Below the pieces are notes generated by a model. The model saw only the letters and a list, made by a program, of their open reading frames with translations. It ran no database searches and was not told the DNA's origin. 64,000 nucleotides of DNA from Bugula neritina (taxonomy: Eukaryota > Animalia > Bryozoa), in NCBI GenBank assembly GCA_964035545.1, contig OZ037767.1, positions 12,100,581 through 12,164,580 on the forward strand, in the 5' to 3' direction. Made by a program: the position numbers and the translations under genes. Numbering within the stretch: position 1 is the first letter of the stretch; the number at the start of each line of letters is the position of its first letter. Below, one piece after another: positions 15,301 through 26,924 of the stretch.

Positions 15301-16447
15301 AGAAGTGATGGAGAAGACATACTGTGTGGCTGGGAGAAGACCTTCTACAGTGCAGTCAGCAGAGGTCACATTTATAACCTGAGTTCTACAAAACATTAAA
15401 GAAACTTGCTATTATCTAAACTATACAAAAAAGCTGCGAATCGTTCTATAAGCAGCTCCAAGTTGGGGGTAACTTAGTGCAGTAGTTTACAGTTCTCAAG
15501 TGTGGAGTTGGGCGCCAACTCCACACTTGAGTTACCCCCAACTCGGAGCGGCTTATAGAACAATTCGAAAGCTGCAGGTGCCGTGATAAAAAAGTTTTAC
15601 AAAATAATAAATTGAGAGTTGAGAGTGACCAGATAGCACTAGTGACATCCCCTACCATCAACATAGTTAATATAATATACGTGTCTAATAGCATAGTTGG
15701 AGCTAAAAGCTATAACAAAACCTGCTCCACTACTAACAATGCCAATACTTTATATTTCACCTTCCAACAAGACCTACACTGAAAGGGCCTAGGCACAGTA
15801 AGATGTGGCCAATGTGTGAGCTAGATGCTATCACATTCACATTTGAAATACCACAAGCTAAGGTGATATGCCAGTTTCACATTTCAGCTGCTAATCATTG
15901 TGACTTCTGACTTGCAGGTATAACATATCGTGTGTATTGTACAAACTGATAGGGGGCAGAGTGTGAAACCTAGTAGCCTGCTAGTATGTGGCAGAAGTTG
16001 AGCTGACCTAACATTCAGCTGTTGCAGATACCTCCCCACAATAACTTCAATAGTCTATATAACCACACAGCAAATATTAACCACTCAAAAGCTTATTGGT
16101 TTTTGAAACAAAAAAATGAAATATTAACCCCTAACTGACAACAAGGAGACCTCAATGCTCGTGTTTGTTAACAAATAAAGCGAGCTTCACTTATGGCTGG
16201 TAATAAAACATCAACTCCTCACTGCCTGAGTACATGGAATACCTACAATAAGTGGAAATACTAACAAGTCTACCTGCAGACTGGATATGAATAATATGTT
16301 AGACCTGCAGCGGACTCCTGTGAGTTAGGGGTTATAATAACAGGTTTGGGAGGAGCATATCTTATAATTATATGTCTGCATGTATTGAATAGGGCAACAG
16401 AAGACTCTTGAAATCAGTATATAAGAGAGTAGAGAAAAAGGGAGAGA

Positions 16448-16516
<69 letters not shown>

Positions 16517-19500
16517 AGAAGGGAGACAAGGGGACAGAAAGGAGAAGAACTAACCTCGGATCACCGAGCTGTTTAGTAGTCACAGTGTAGGCAGTGACTG
16601 GTGCGGCCCCAGGCCTCAGTGTCACATTCCAAGTCAGCCTAACAGACGTCTGGGTGATGTTGAGAGCAGTGGGGTGTGTGGGGGGTGGCGGTAAAGCCGG
16701 GTCAGGGGGTATTTCTGTATCCAGGTCTGAGATACCAGGGCTAGAGGTGAATGATTGTATCTGTCCATCGGGTACTCTTGTGTCTGAAAGAGCAGAAAGT
16801 GTATCTTACCTGGCAAACACACAGAAGCGACTGATGGTGACTAGCCAACAATAAAGCCACATTCTAGTACAGTATATTATATAATACGGGTTACAACTGG
16901 AGAGAGAGAGAGTTACCTTCATCCAGTACAATGAGTTGTGCCACAGCCTGAATTTTGCCGGCAGCGTTGACACCCATACACTGGAAGTAGCCGGAGTCGG
17001 TAGACATCAGCCCCACTATCTTTAGACTGTGTCCCACATACTTGAAGTATTTACTCTCTTTGAGTTCATCCGAGTCCTACATCAATACAAAACAACATGA
17101 TACAACATACAGTATATAGTATACAGTATTTAGTATACACTGCTATTACCTTATACCACAGAACACGGGCTACCACCACCTACCTTGTACCACAGAACAC
17201 GGGTGCAAGGCTACCACCACCTACCTTATACCACAGAACATGGGCTACCAACACCTACCTTGTACCACAGAACACTGGGTGCAGGGTTACCACTGATTTC
17301 ACACTCCAGAATGATGTCTTCGTTCACTCTTCCATAAGTATTTCTTGGCAAAGTCACAAAGGAGGGTGGAACTACATGAGAAGATTAGAGGCAGTTGAAT
17401 GGTGAGCCATCACATACATACAGGTATTTAGTAAACACACTCTATCTGTGTAATACAGAGCAATTAGCCACCCAGGGGCACATACAGCAATGCATTAATA
17501 ATATTTTTATGATTAATAAAATGTGTAAATAATCAGGAGAGGCAATTAACTGAAGTAAGTAGAATCACCTGCCAAGCAGCTAAATACTCAAATATTCAAT
17601 AAGCATGAAATCCTGAACAAAAGAAGAAGCTGAGTGTTTGCCTTTCAAACAGAGCTATAGTTGGTACAGGAATAGTTCATCTCCAAAAACCAAAACTAAC
17701 ACAATTATGGTCTGTTGATGGATTCAACTATTTTCAAATGTTTAAGAATTATTTTGTGACAGACTTTTCTATAGAATTCAACAGGAGATAAAGAAAGTTT
17801 ATACAGTTCAGAGGTGGGAGACTAAAGCGCTAAGACCCAGCAGAGAGGGTACAGAGCTAAGCAATGTCTTTCATATTTTAGTTGTAAGTGAAGGTGAACA
17901 AGAAGCATTTCACTGTATAAGCCTCAACATTCTCAAAGTCAAGAGTAGGGCAGCAGAGAATGGGGAGTCAGCACTAAGTAGTATGATCAGTAAAACTGGC
18001 AGCGTACTCTGTTGTTCCCACAAATATTACAGTTTCTGTAATGTGATGAAAAGGTATGACATGATCAGGGTTGAGGTAATTGTAATTTGTAATAGTAATT
18101 AATTACAATTTTTCAAGTAATTGAATGTAATTTATAATTGATTTCTACAATTACTTCAAACTTTTAAATCTTAAACATTTCATTCTTTTCCTACCATGCC
18201 TAGTGTTAAATAACAAGTTCAGATTAAGTCAATGTAGTATTGTTCTGTAATGTGATAAAAAGGTAAGACATGACATCACACAACATTTTTCAGTGTCTCA
18301 AATGCTGCCTCAAACGCTGCCGTTGAATATGTACCTTGCACTGTGAGTGTAGCCTCAGACTCTACCATGCCCTGCTCATTCTCCCCTCGACATGTATACA
18401 CCGCCCCATCCTCCAGACTCACATTGCTTATCTGAAGACTTGACGTGCCAACAATGGAATATCGTCCAACAGAGCTTTCATCAGCACTGCAAGATAACCT
18501 CATTAGGTCAAGAATAAATATTTAAAAAGATGTTCCTGTTACATTTAATATCTGTCAAACAATGACAGTTTCTTTTCAATAATTGTACACAGAAGTTGAT
18601 TTTGTAAGGCATCATTTATATAGGTATAGATGACGCATATCATAGCATTGAGCTCTGTACATACTAGCTGGCAGGCAGCATGTGGCAGCGCAGAGTCATT
18701 TATGGCTCATTTCAGTTTCTCTACTTCTCGTTTGCTTCAGCCCTAAGGTTTATTATTTGTATGCAACAGCAATGTCTATACTAATATAAACTTTCTATCA
18801 AATCCTTCCTGTGTGTTGGTAGTCACAGGTTGCTAAGTCTCTGATATTCACTGCTGTGTCAACAGCAACATCAAACCTGGCACAAGCTGCAGTCAATTGA
18901 ATAAATTTACAAGAGCAATGGATGTGGAAAGAATCAGCAACTCAACACTAAATCAATTTCCAGTGAAAGGATGAAGTAGATTATAAACATGAGAGGCTAC
19001 TATATTTGATTAGTAATAACAAGTGCCTGGGTTGGGTCAGTAATGCACAACATGTGACAGTTAACATGTGACAGCATGTGACTATCACAAGCCAATATCG
19101 CTGAAAACTAACTCAATTATATTCTATATACAAGCAATTTCTTGTGGGATCTGCAGCAATCTTTGTGTATACCACAGCTAAAATACCTTAGTTTCACTAA
19201 AGATGAGGGAGGGGGAGGGAGGGCTGACAAAAGAGCTGAGGAAAAAGACTATGCGACTAATTAGGCGCTTGGAGATAATTTGCCACCAGATAGATTAAGT
19301 TACCTTTATATCTATACTGTAGACAGTCATAGATATGTTACACTAATAGAGGTTTCGGAGATAAACATGCAAGTATGTACTAGTCTAGTAGGAATGTTGG
19401 TGGTGGAGAGTGGGTACTGTGGGGGATGACTCCAGCTACTTTCCCTGTGGTACATATAATATACATGACCAGACAGAGCACCAGGTGAAGTTGGTTACCT

Positions 19501-22500
19501 GTTCTCCAGTATGGAGACTCCTTCCTTTAGCCAGGTTACACGCGGCGACTTGCCCGAGACATCCATTCCGCTGACAGCACAGAAGAGAGTGACTGTGGAG
19601 CCAGATACCACTGACCTGCTCCAAGGGGTCATCACAAAGCTAGGTAGGGCTGGTTGCCTCATATCTACGAGTAATAATAATACTATATTATATTATTGTC
19701 ACTGTTAACCAGCTAAATATATAACATCAATCCGCTAGTGAAACATACACATTTCAATTGTTATACTTATGTTCTAGGTTACCCCCAACTACATGTATCT
19801 TACAAGTCCCATGTAATATGCTCTAGTCTGTAGGTGAAAATGTGCCACTTATATTCGATTAACATTTGATATCTGAGACCAGCTCAATTTGAAATTAAAT
19901 TAAATGAACAGTTGAGAAAAGGTTTGAGTGTAGAGACTGTGAAAGTCTAGGTGTAGCACTAGTAACTTATAAATGCATGTAATAAAAACTGAATAAGTAG
20001 GTTGAATAGCCTCTCCAATTACTAAATTAAATCATAAGATAAAGTATATACACAGAGACAAAAGAGCCACTAGAGGGTGCTTCAACCTTAGCTTGACAGG
20101 AGATAATCAAGTGTGAAGATGCAACTCTAACTCTAGTGCAGGCAACAGCTGTGACAGCCTGCGGTTCTCCAATAACCTTCCCAAGAGAGGGGAGGTTACA
20201 TGTGAGCCCCATTCTGGCTAGGTGAAACCCGCGGCTTACTTGGCAGAGAACTCAAAACATCAGCCAAACTATTCAGATTAGGAAACAATAATAAAGCTGC
20301 ATTTGGTTTGTATGCCTTACGTGATTCCATGTGTGGAGATGGCGACGTGGGGTGGGGAGGCGGTGAACCACCCGACATGGAACTCATGATAAAAAAGTGA
20401 CTAGAGTCCATAGTTGGACTGACAAGTGGCCCTGGGGGTGCAGCAGTTAGCAAGGAAGAGGGCGGGGATAGAATGGTAGTTGATTTTTTTGACCAAAGAA
20501 GCCCCCAAAAGTTTGATAACAATGAAGAAGAGTTGTCTGCCACCACATCGCCAGTTTCCACGAGCCCAGACGCTGTCGTCTGGGACAGCAGTTGAGGCAT
20601 CGTGGATGAGTTTTCTAAAACTATTCAGGTTATTCTAGTTAATTGCTGTACAGTTCTCACAACTAGCATAGCTAATTGATCATTCTCGTAAATCAATACA
20701 GCAATAACTGCCAAACTGGATAAATAAATTGCTGATAAAATCTGGAATTTAGGAATTAATTTCTCACTTCAAAAGTTTACTTCCCATTAAAATATGATAA
20801 ATGAGGTTCTCTAACTATAGCTACAGATCTTAACTAAGACTTTGATATGGTGTGTGCAGCAGCTAATGAGACAGCCTTTGTCTCTGTTACTCTACACTGT
20901 AGCACAGCAGTGAGTACCTGTTACTCTACACTGTAGCACAGCAGTGGGTACCTGTTACTCTACACTGTAGCATAGCAGTGAGTACCTGTTACTCTACACT
21001 GTAGCACAGCAGTGGGCACCTGTTACTCTACACTGTAGCACAGCAGTGGGTACCTGTTACTCTACACTGTAGCACAGCAGTGAGTACCTGTTACTCTACA
21101 CTGTAGCACAGCAGTGAGTACCTGTTACTCTACACTGTAGCACAGCAGTGGGTACCTGTTACTCTACACTGTAGCACAGCAGTGAGTACCTACTTGCAGC
21201 TCTGCTGTCCACACTCAGTATGACATAAGGACTGGCAACTTGGCCGGCTGAGTTCCTTGCGGTACACCGATACTGTCCTGCATCCTGAGTCCTGTTAAGA
21301 GACGTGATCTCCAACACCTGACCACCAGCGTGCAGGATAAGTCTGCTGGATGCTAAGACATTCCTACCATCATGAGCCCAAGAGTATGTAGCCTCAGGTC
21401 TTACTTGGCTGTGACAACGGAACATGGCTGTGTCTCCACTGTGTAGGTTTAAGTTCACAGGCTCCGTAGAAAGTTCTGGCAAGGCTAGAGAATAGAGTAA
21501 CACAGTTATATGATAATGCTACAGTGGTGGTATAGTATATGAGAATATGAGAAGAGTTACTGTATACAATATACATACTAGGAGTGTGCAGTGGTATTCA
21601 TCAGTTCAATATACTGATAGACCAGCTGAGCTAATAGCAGCTACTGCTGACCACTAGGAATATTAAAATAATGAGCTATTATTATGTATATGTGTGCTAA
21701 TCACATTGGCAAGTGCATCATAAGTACACATTAATATATTATTCAGCATAGAATGTCATTACATAGCCTGAGAAAGTGTCCCATTCCCCTCTGTATTCAC
21801 ATACTTTTAGTGTGGTTGTGAGGTTGTTACCTGCAAGTGACAGCTCTACTTCGGGGCTGACAATACGGTGTACTTTAGTGCCTTCAGTAACCTCGGCTAT
21901 ACACTTGTAGTGGGCTGGATCGGGTGAGCCGGCAGATGGGTTAACAGAGGTAAAGAATAATGTGCCATTGCCCATAACATATCTGAAAACACAAGGCAGC
22001 ATATCAATACTTGAAGATAGCAGCAAAGCAGCGAGTAGCTGGGCTCACTCGGAGGGGATTTCCTACTGGATACTATACATTGTGTATTCCAGCATTGACT
22101 GCCAACATACTGGTTGTCACTTTCAGAGGTCTGTCATACTGCTGCTATAGGTTAGGGATATTTGCTGATGGTCTCCTTACCTGGTTAACCGCTCCACTGT
22201 CCAGGAGTTGATGAGGACATTATTTCTCTTCCAGGAGTACACAGTGGGCGCTCTATCCTCATACTTGGCGCTACAGGCCAGCCACACCTTATCCCCTGCC
22301 TTGGCTACAGTGTCCTGTGGCTCCTTGGTAAACTCCAGCACTCTGAAGGGTGGAGCCACTGTGGATGAAACCAGTAGTTAGTATGGCTGTGAATAGCTCA
22401 TCAAAGGAGAAACATTCATATCATCATATCAAGGTTAAAGGGATAAAACCTGCATATTGCTAGTTGACATTCATGCACCACAGATTATTGATATTCAATG

Positions 22501-23472
22501 TCCTATTGTTCATAAGTACTAGAATGTGAAGGAGATGAAGAACAAAGGTGTGAGACAGTGTTTATTGTTGACTAGATACTAGTTTAAGTGTTCATAGTTC
22601 AGTCACTTCTTCTCCAAGTAGAACAAATACTGTACATGCCTTCCAAAATAATTTTTTTTCTAATATCCTGTAACTGTTGTTTCTGTGACTGAATAAAATA
22701 AACTTTAAATACACAGCATGATAATTGGTCCTTGGTCACAAGAGTTTAATTATAGCTAAGTACTACAGCTTTACTGATGCTACACTAACAGTAGAGCATC
22801 ACAATTGTTTTGCTAGTCAGCATTTCAATCAATAATGTCGCAGAAGTCTGGGTGAGTCATCATTACATAACAAAGCTGAAGCTACTAGATTTCTGGTCTC
22901 TTGAGGTCATGACTTGGCAGTGAAAGAGATCCGCTGCATCTACTGAGAAGGTAGATGTTAGCATCACTACTACAGCTACTAGTCAGCAAAGGTACTCTGG
23001 GGAGTCAAGTTGCTAAACTACCGACAAAATTATTATTCACTTTCCTAAGAAAATTCTAACGTTACCAATAAATAATGAAAACAGCTGTTATTACAAGAAT
23101 AGTGGGCAACACATGCAGCTGTCCCATCATGTAACAGCAACAGCAGTGGACGTGTCACTTTACAAGATACAGTGTGTCCTGCAGGTAAACCTAAACACTT
23201 GTATGCCTCACTGCCCTCAGCAATGTGGGCAGCTCACCCCCCCCCCCCCCTATTTTCTTATGCAGAAACCTTAGCATGCATATAATATCAATTTTCAGGG
23301 AGCTCGAACCTGTGTGGCCTCGTTTTCAAGATCCAACAATCATTTTAGAGAAGTAAACAGTTTTGAGAAAAAATACTTTACCTGTAGCAGATGACAAGCT
23401 AATCCATAACCAGAGTGCAATGGTGAGGTAATAGATGGAAGGTTTCGGGGGTTCCGTATCAATAGTCTTCAT
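3306..23472 (-). CDS. DCC/NEO1 (fra): DCC/neogenin/frazzled-family netrin receptor (signal peptide, 4 Ig, 6 FN3, TM, P1-P3), about 1482 aa. Exons: 23382-23472, 22181-22358, 21831-21982, 21194-21484, 19499-19664, 18335-18486, 17259-17371, 16917-17076, 16555-16783, 15128-15385, 13904-14085, 12610-12748, 10960-11129, 10622-10822, 10232-10486, 9877-10038, 9318-9620, 8858-8977, 8092-8330, 7763-7958, 7589-7648, 6202-6336, 4901-4981, 4365-4523, 3995-4149, 3306-3407
   Basis: All junctions are GT-AG and phase-compatible. Ig motifs DAGQYRC, DGAVYTC, DSGYFQC; FN3 motifs WQPPSTPNGRIIHY and LHPYTEYYIRVVASN; TM WIVIACVCSVTVLAVAALVAVMC; P1 RPDLWIDHDQ; P2-like PLRSF; P3 LSSEMDHLNHIMQDLNSI. Confidence 0.96.
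5167..5339. repeat. 34-bp minisatellite, about 5 copies
   Basis: Unit catctacactRaatKatatcttYtacttgtacta. Confidence 0.95.
6097..6180. repeat. 19-bp minisatellite, about 4 copies, just inside a DCC 5' splice site
   Basis: Unit tacctgttagtatactgtc. Confidence 0.9.
6486..6929. repeat. 49-bp minisatellite, about 9 copies
   Basis: Unit attgaagggacatctccctgagtcattacactgcaggacacacccactt; no spacers. Confidence 0.97.
7366..7500. repeat. 41-bp minisatellite, about 3 copies
   Basis: Unit tgtgactacagcaagtataaYtacaWtgtatagtacacagY. Confidence 0.9.
8343..8735. repeat. 13-bp minisatellite, about 30 copies
   Basis: Unit tatgtgggtaYtR, abutting the acceptor of the TM exon. Confidence 0.97.
9176..9285. 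repeat. 21-bp minisatellite, about 5 copies
   Basis: Unit gtattacacattaStgtagag. Confidence 0.9.
13304..13736 (+). mobile_element. Possible non-autonomous Helitron/Helentron-type (HINE-like) insertion
   Basis: CpG-richer block starting aactagc...ctcccccc and ending gaggggggtcacattaaa, an end style typical of such elements; single copy in the window. Confidence 0.3.
14140..14919. repeat. 13-bp minisatellite, about 60 copies
   Basis: Unit gtacagtggtgRt; source of the overlapping 13-aa-periodic ORFs. Confidence 0.98.
15437..15567. repeat. 131-bp near-perfect palindrome (miniature fold-back element or RNA hairpin)
   Basis: Outer arms 15437-15474 and 15530-15567 (3 mismatches in 38); inner perfect 17-bp stem ctcaagtgtggagttgg-gcg-ccaactccacacttgag. 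Confidence 0.85.
16452..16517. repeat. (GA)n microsatellite plus G run
   Basis: Read directly from the sequence. Confidence 0.97.
17146..17283 (-). repeat. Four tandem copies of an exon 3' end plus donor (34/41/34-bp spacing)
   Basis: On the minus strand GTTCTGTGGTAYAAG|gta occurs four times; the first is the real Ig4 exon donor. Confidence 0.92.
18034..18273 (+). mobile_element. hAT-MITE-like terminal fragment between two 31-bp direct repeats
   Basis: ttctgtaatgtgatRaaaaggtaWgacatga at 18034-64 and 18243-73; the insert starts cagggttgag followed by gtaatt/aattac subterminal repeats. Confidence 0.45.
20066..20082 (+). promoter_or_regulatory. CTCF-like motif
   Basis: gccactagagggtgc versus consensus CCACYAGRKGGCRC, one mismatch. 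Confidence 0.3.
20240..20614 (-). CDS. Candidate 375-nt (125-aa) Ser/Pro/Thr-rich cassette exon between Ig2 and Ig3 of the DCC-like gene
   Basis: ttttag acceptor (20615-16), CCAA|gtaagc donor (20239), phase 1-1 matching the flanking exons, no stop codon, GC-richer than the surrounding intron. Confidence 0.7.
20883..21191 (-). repeat. 34-bp minisatellite, about 9 copies, starting at the Ig2 exon donor
   Basis: Minus-strand unit gtacYcactgctgtgctacagtgtagagtaacag. Confidence 0.97.
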
Positions 23473-23473
23473 A

Positions 23474-23491
23474 TCAAAAATTTGGTATCAT
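23474..23491 (-). promoter_or_regulatory. 5-codon uORF (MIPNF*) ending 1 nt before the DCC start codon
   Basis: Minus strand ATG ATA CCA AAT TTT TGA T ATG AAG. Confidence 0.55.
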
Positions 23492-24949
23492 GCGCTTGTA
23501 TATTACTGGAGTAATGCAGAAACTAGCATGATGTAGTATAGCCCAGTATTAGTGCAGGTGGCCACCTTCAAAGGAGTCATATAGAAATATAACAGTCATA
23601 AAACTTACTCCGGCATATCTTCCCAACTACTAACCAATCCATATGAGGCGGGAGAAGGCTTTGACCAACAAATAAGGTACCATGGTTGAAACATTACACC
23701 ACTATAGCACTTGGAGGGTATGAGGTAGCAAAATAAATCTAGGTATTATTAATTTAAACAATGTAAATGTTTATATTAACTTATATAAAATAAATTACAG
23801 TGATGGTAATCAACCACTATGTTGATGATAACTATTCCTCATTTTAAGAGTTTCTTGCATTAAATGTTCAAATATTAGAATGTTTGATTATTGTGATATT
23901 TTATTAGAACTATTTAATTAGCCTTAGAATCACCGAAAGAAAATATTATTATGATGATTACTAATAAACAATAATTTCATGTGCATACTATTAACAATAG
24001 AAGCTGCACATTTTTATTTAAAATAACACCGAACAGTTTGAACTGAATAAAATACATCACTGTCATTATTTCAACAACACCGGCCTATTTTCATCTGTAG
24101 AGTGATAAACGATAGTCGATACTTTACTTGACACAGTTATGAATATAAAGAAAATTCAGTTCTATTTAGTTCAAACTCATTTATTTTAACATAACCTAAT
24201 TTTATTCCAAACCAAATTCTGAAGCCCTTGTTTCATCAATTTTAATGTAAATACATGACTGACTTCCAACTTTAGTATAAAGTAGTAATACTTAGAGTAA
24301 TTCTTATTGTCTTATAACAGTGAATCTAGTAGCAAAACTAAATGCAATTAACCTGGTAAAACTAAAGACTAATACACTTACAGTATGAGTATAGGTATAG
24401 TAATTGGATAGTAATTCAGTATGAGTGTAACTAAAAGTACAAGTATCAATATGAGTACCGGTATGACAATTTCTATTCCTACAACACTTATAAAATTGAG
24501 CCTTACTATTCATATTTTATGATTTATTATCAATATTATTATTAGTATTACTTCGTAACATCAGAGATTTTGAGGTTTAAGTATAACTCCAACAGTAACA
24601 GTACCACCAGTGAGTCTAAATAAATTACACGATGATGATAATGTAAAAGAATCCCTGACACACTTTTCACTTATGCAGTACTAAAATATTCTTACATATA
24701 TTGTTTTTCATCTACATACTGTTTTAAGGTTGTATGCCTAAATAATTTTGTTTTATAATGCATTTTGTGGGAGTATGTGCTGAATTGATTTGGGATTTCT
24801 GATCGCTTGCAGATGACGTTTCTGGTCGGCTTTGACTTTATCGCTACTATAAAACCTACACTAATTAGAGCTAATTTTCATTGCATGCTATCTTTAGCTG
24901 CTGCAACGCACAGCCTAATTACTGAGATAGTTTGGAAGTTCTAATTTTG

Positions 24950-25990
24950 TTACTGTAAGTGTAGGTATTAGTATAGAATCTATACTATAGAGTATGGCAT
25001 GAGATTATTATAATTGTGCAAATTTACTAAGTTAACTTATAGTAATAAGTAAGAACTATTAAGTATAACTATAAGTATAACATTAACTATAAGTATAACA
25101 TTAACTATAAGTATATTATTAACTATAAGTATAAGTAATAATATAACTATTAGTACTGCTACAAGTATAAGTATCAGTATGAGTATTATTAAATGATGTT
25201 AGTTGATAGTCAGTATGAGTATAGGAACCACACTGTGAGGTGCTGTTAGTATATAGACTATGCTGTGAGTTACTGTTACTGTCCTAAGTATTATAAAATA
25301 ACAATTCATGCTTATATTGATGCTAAATTTAATATTAAAATTACTCGATTTTGATTTAATAACAATTATCAAGTTAAAGTTCAACAATATATTTTATTAC
25401 ATCAACATCTACATGAACAAACTTGAGTTTAAAAACTAAAAATAAAAAAACTCATTGTGATTATCATGGTGATTATGGTAATCAGTATCACTATGAGTAT
25501 GATTATTGATCATGATAATGATAATCATAATCATTTTATTCTTTATCCTAATGATAATCATAATAATAATGATGATGAACATCATGATTATCATTCATGA
25601 TTTATCATATTATAATTATAATATTGATACTGACAGTAGTTAGCATCATAATCATTATGATTATCATCATTATTAAATTTAATATATATTATTATTATTA
25701 TTATAACATTAACTGAGTAATAGTAATACTAATACTAATAGTAATAGTTATACTTATACTTATAGTAATACTAAATCTAATACTCACACTGTATTAGTAT
25801 TACTATTAGTATTACTATTGCTATTGGTATTACTATTAGTATTACTATTAGTATAAAAGGTATTAGTATTACTATACCATTACTGTATTACTATTAGTAT
25901 TACTATTAGTATAAGTAGTACTATTAGTATTACTATTAGTAAAACTAAATGCCTAAATCAGTAAATACTAAATGGTATATTCAGTTTCAT
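24950..25990. repeat. Degenerate hexamer/trimer-periodic low-complexity tract upstream of DCC
   Basis: Runs of tattag/tattac/tatgag/tataag/gattat variants; a similar shorter tract lies at about 24350-24550. Confidence 0.8.
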
Positions 25991-26924
25991 CTTTAAGTTT
26001 AAGATTAATAATTATATTTATAATAATTATTTAATTAATACCTAATTTTATATTATATTTCAAGTTATATCAAAAAATATAAAAAATACACTACCTTTGA
26101 TCATTATGCTAGCATGCTGTAGAGCATTTATATTATTATTGATAAAATCAATTACTAGGTGCCCAGCTAGGTTGTTAATATCCCATCTTCAATTCAGACT
26201 GCACACACAGCAACAATGATTATAAATTATTTATTATCATTGATCAACACGCGCAAGTGCTTGAGTAATTATTATTGGCTGCTGCAGCACAACCTAGTTC
26301 TATAACAACCACTCATGCGCAAAAGCCGTTAAAGTGAGTTATTTGTTCTTGGCAAGCCATCTAGATTGAAAAGATAACTTCATAGAGAAAGCTATTCATT
26401 CTACACAATGGGTTTAATAAATATAAAAAAATGCTCTTAGGAAACTTTACCTGATGTGTAAAATTTTAAATTAAAATTGTCCTGGATTGTCTCGAGGCCT
26501 TGGCAAATTTTGTATATAAAGCATTTTGCTATTTCCCAAAGTGAGAAATCATGTTAATGGATTTTCGCACAAAAATCAGCTTAATAAATTTGTATTTTCT
26601 CTGCTAGTTTATGTTTGTCTAATCTTTAACGACCATGCAATGTTTACTAAATTTTCTAGTATATTATAATTAAAAAGAGGGCACTCTCAAAATTGATGCA
26701 TGTACTCAAAGCTGGTTCCAAATTCCAACTAGGAAATCAAACGATGCATAAATGAACCTTTTGTTACAATTTTATGCATGCAATAACTTGCAATGTAACT
26801 CATTACCAAGTTAAGATTTAATTCTAACAATTTGATGATTTAAACCATTCCAGTTACTTTTTCATTTTTTATAATTAAAAATTTTAACAATATTTTAGGG
26901 TTGATTAATAAGAGGATATGATTT

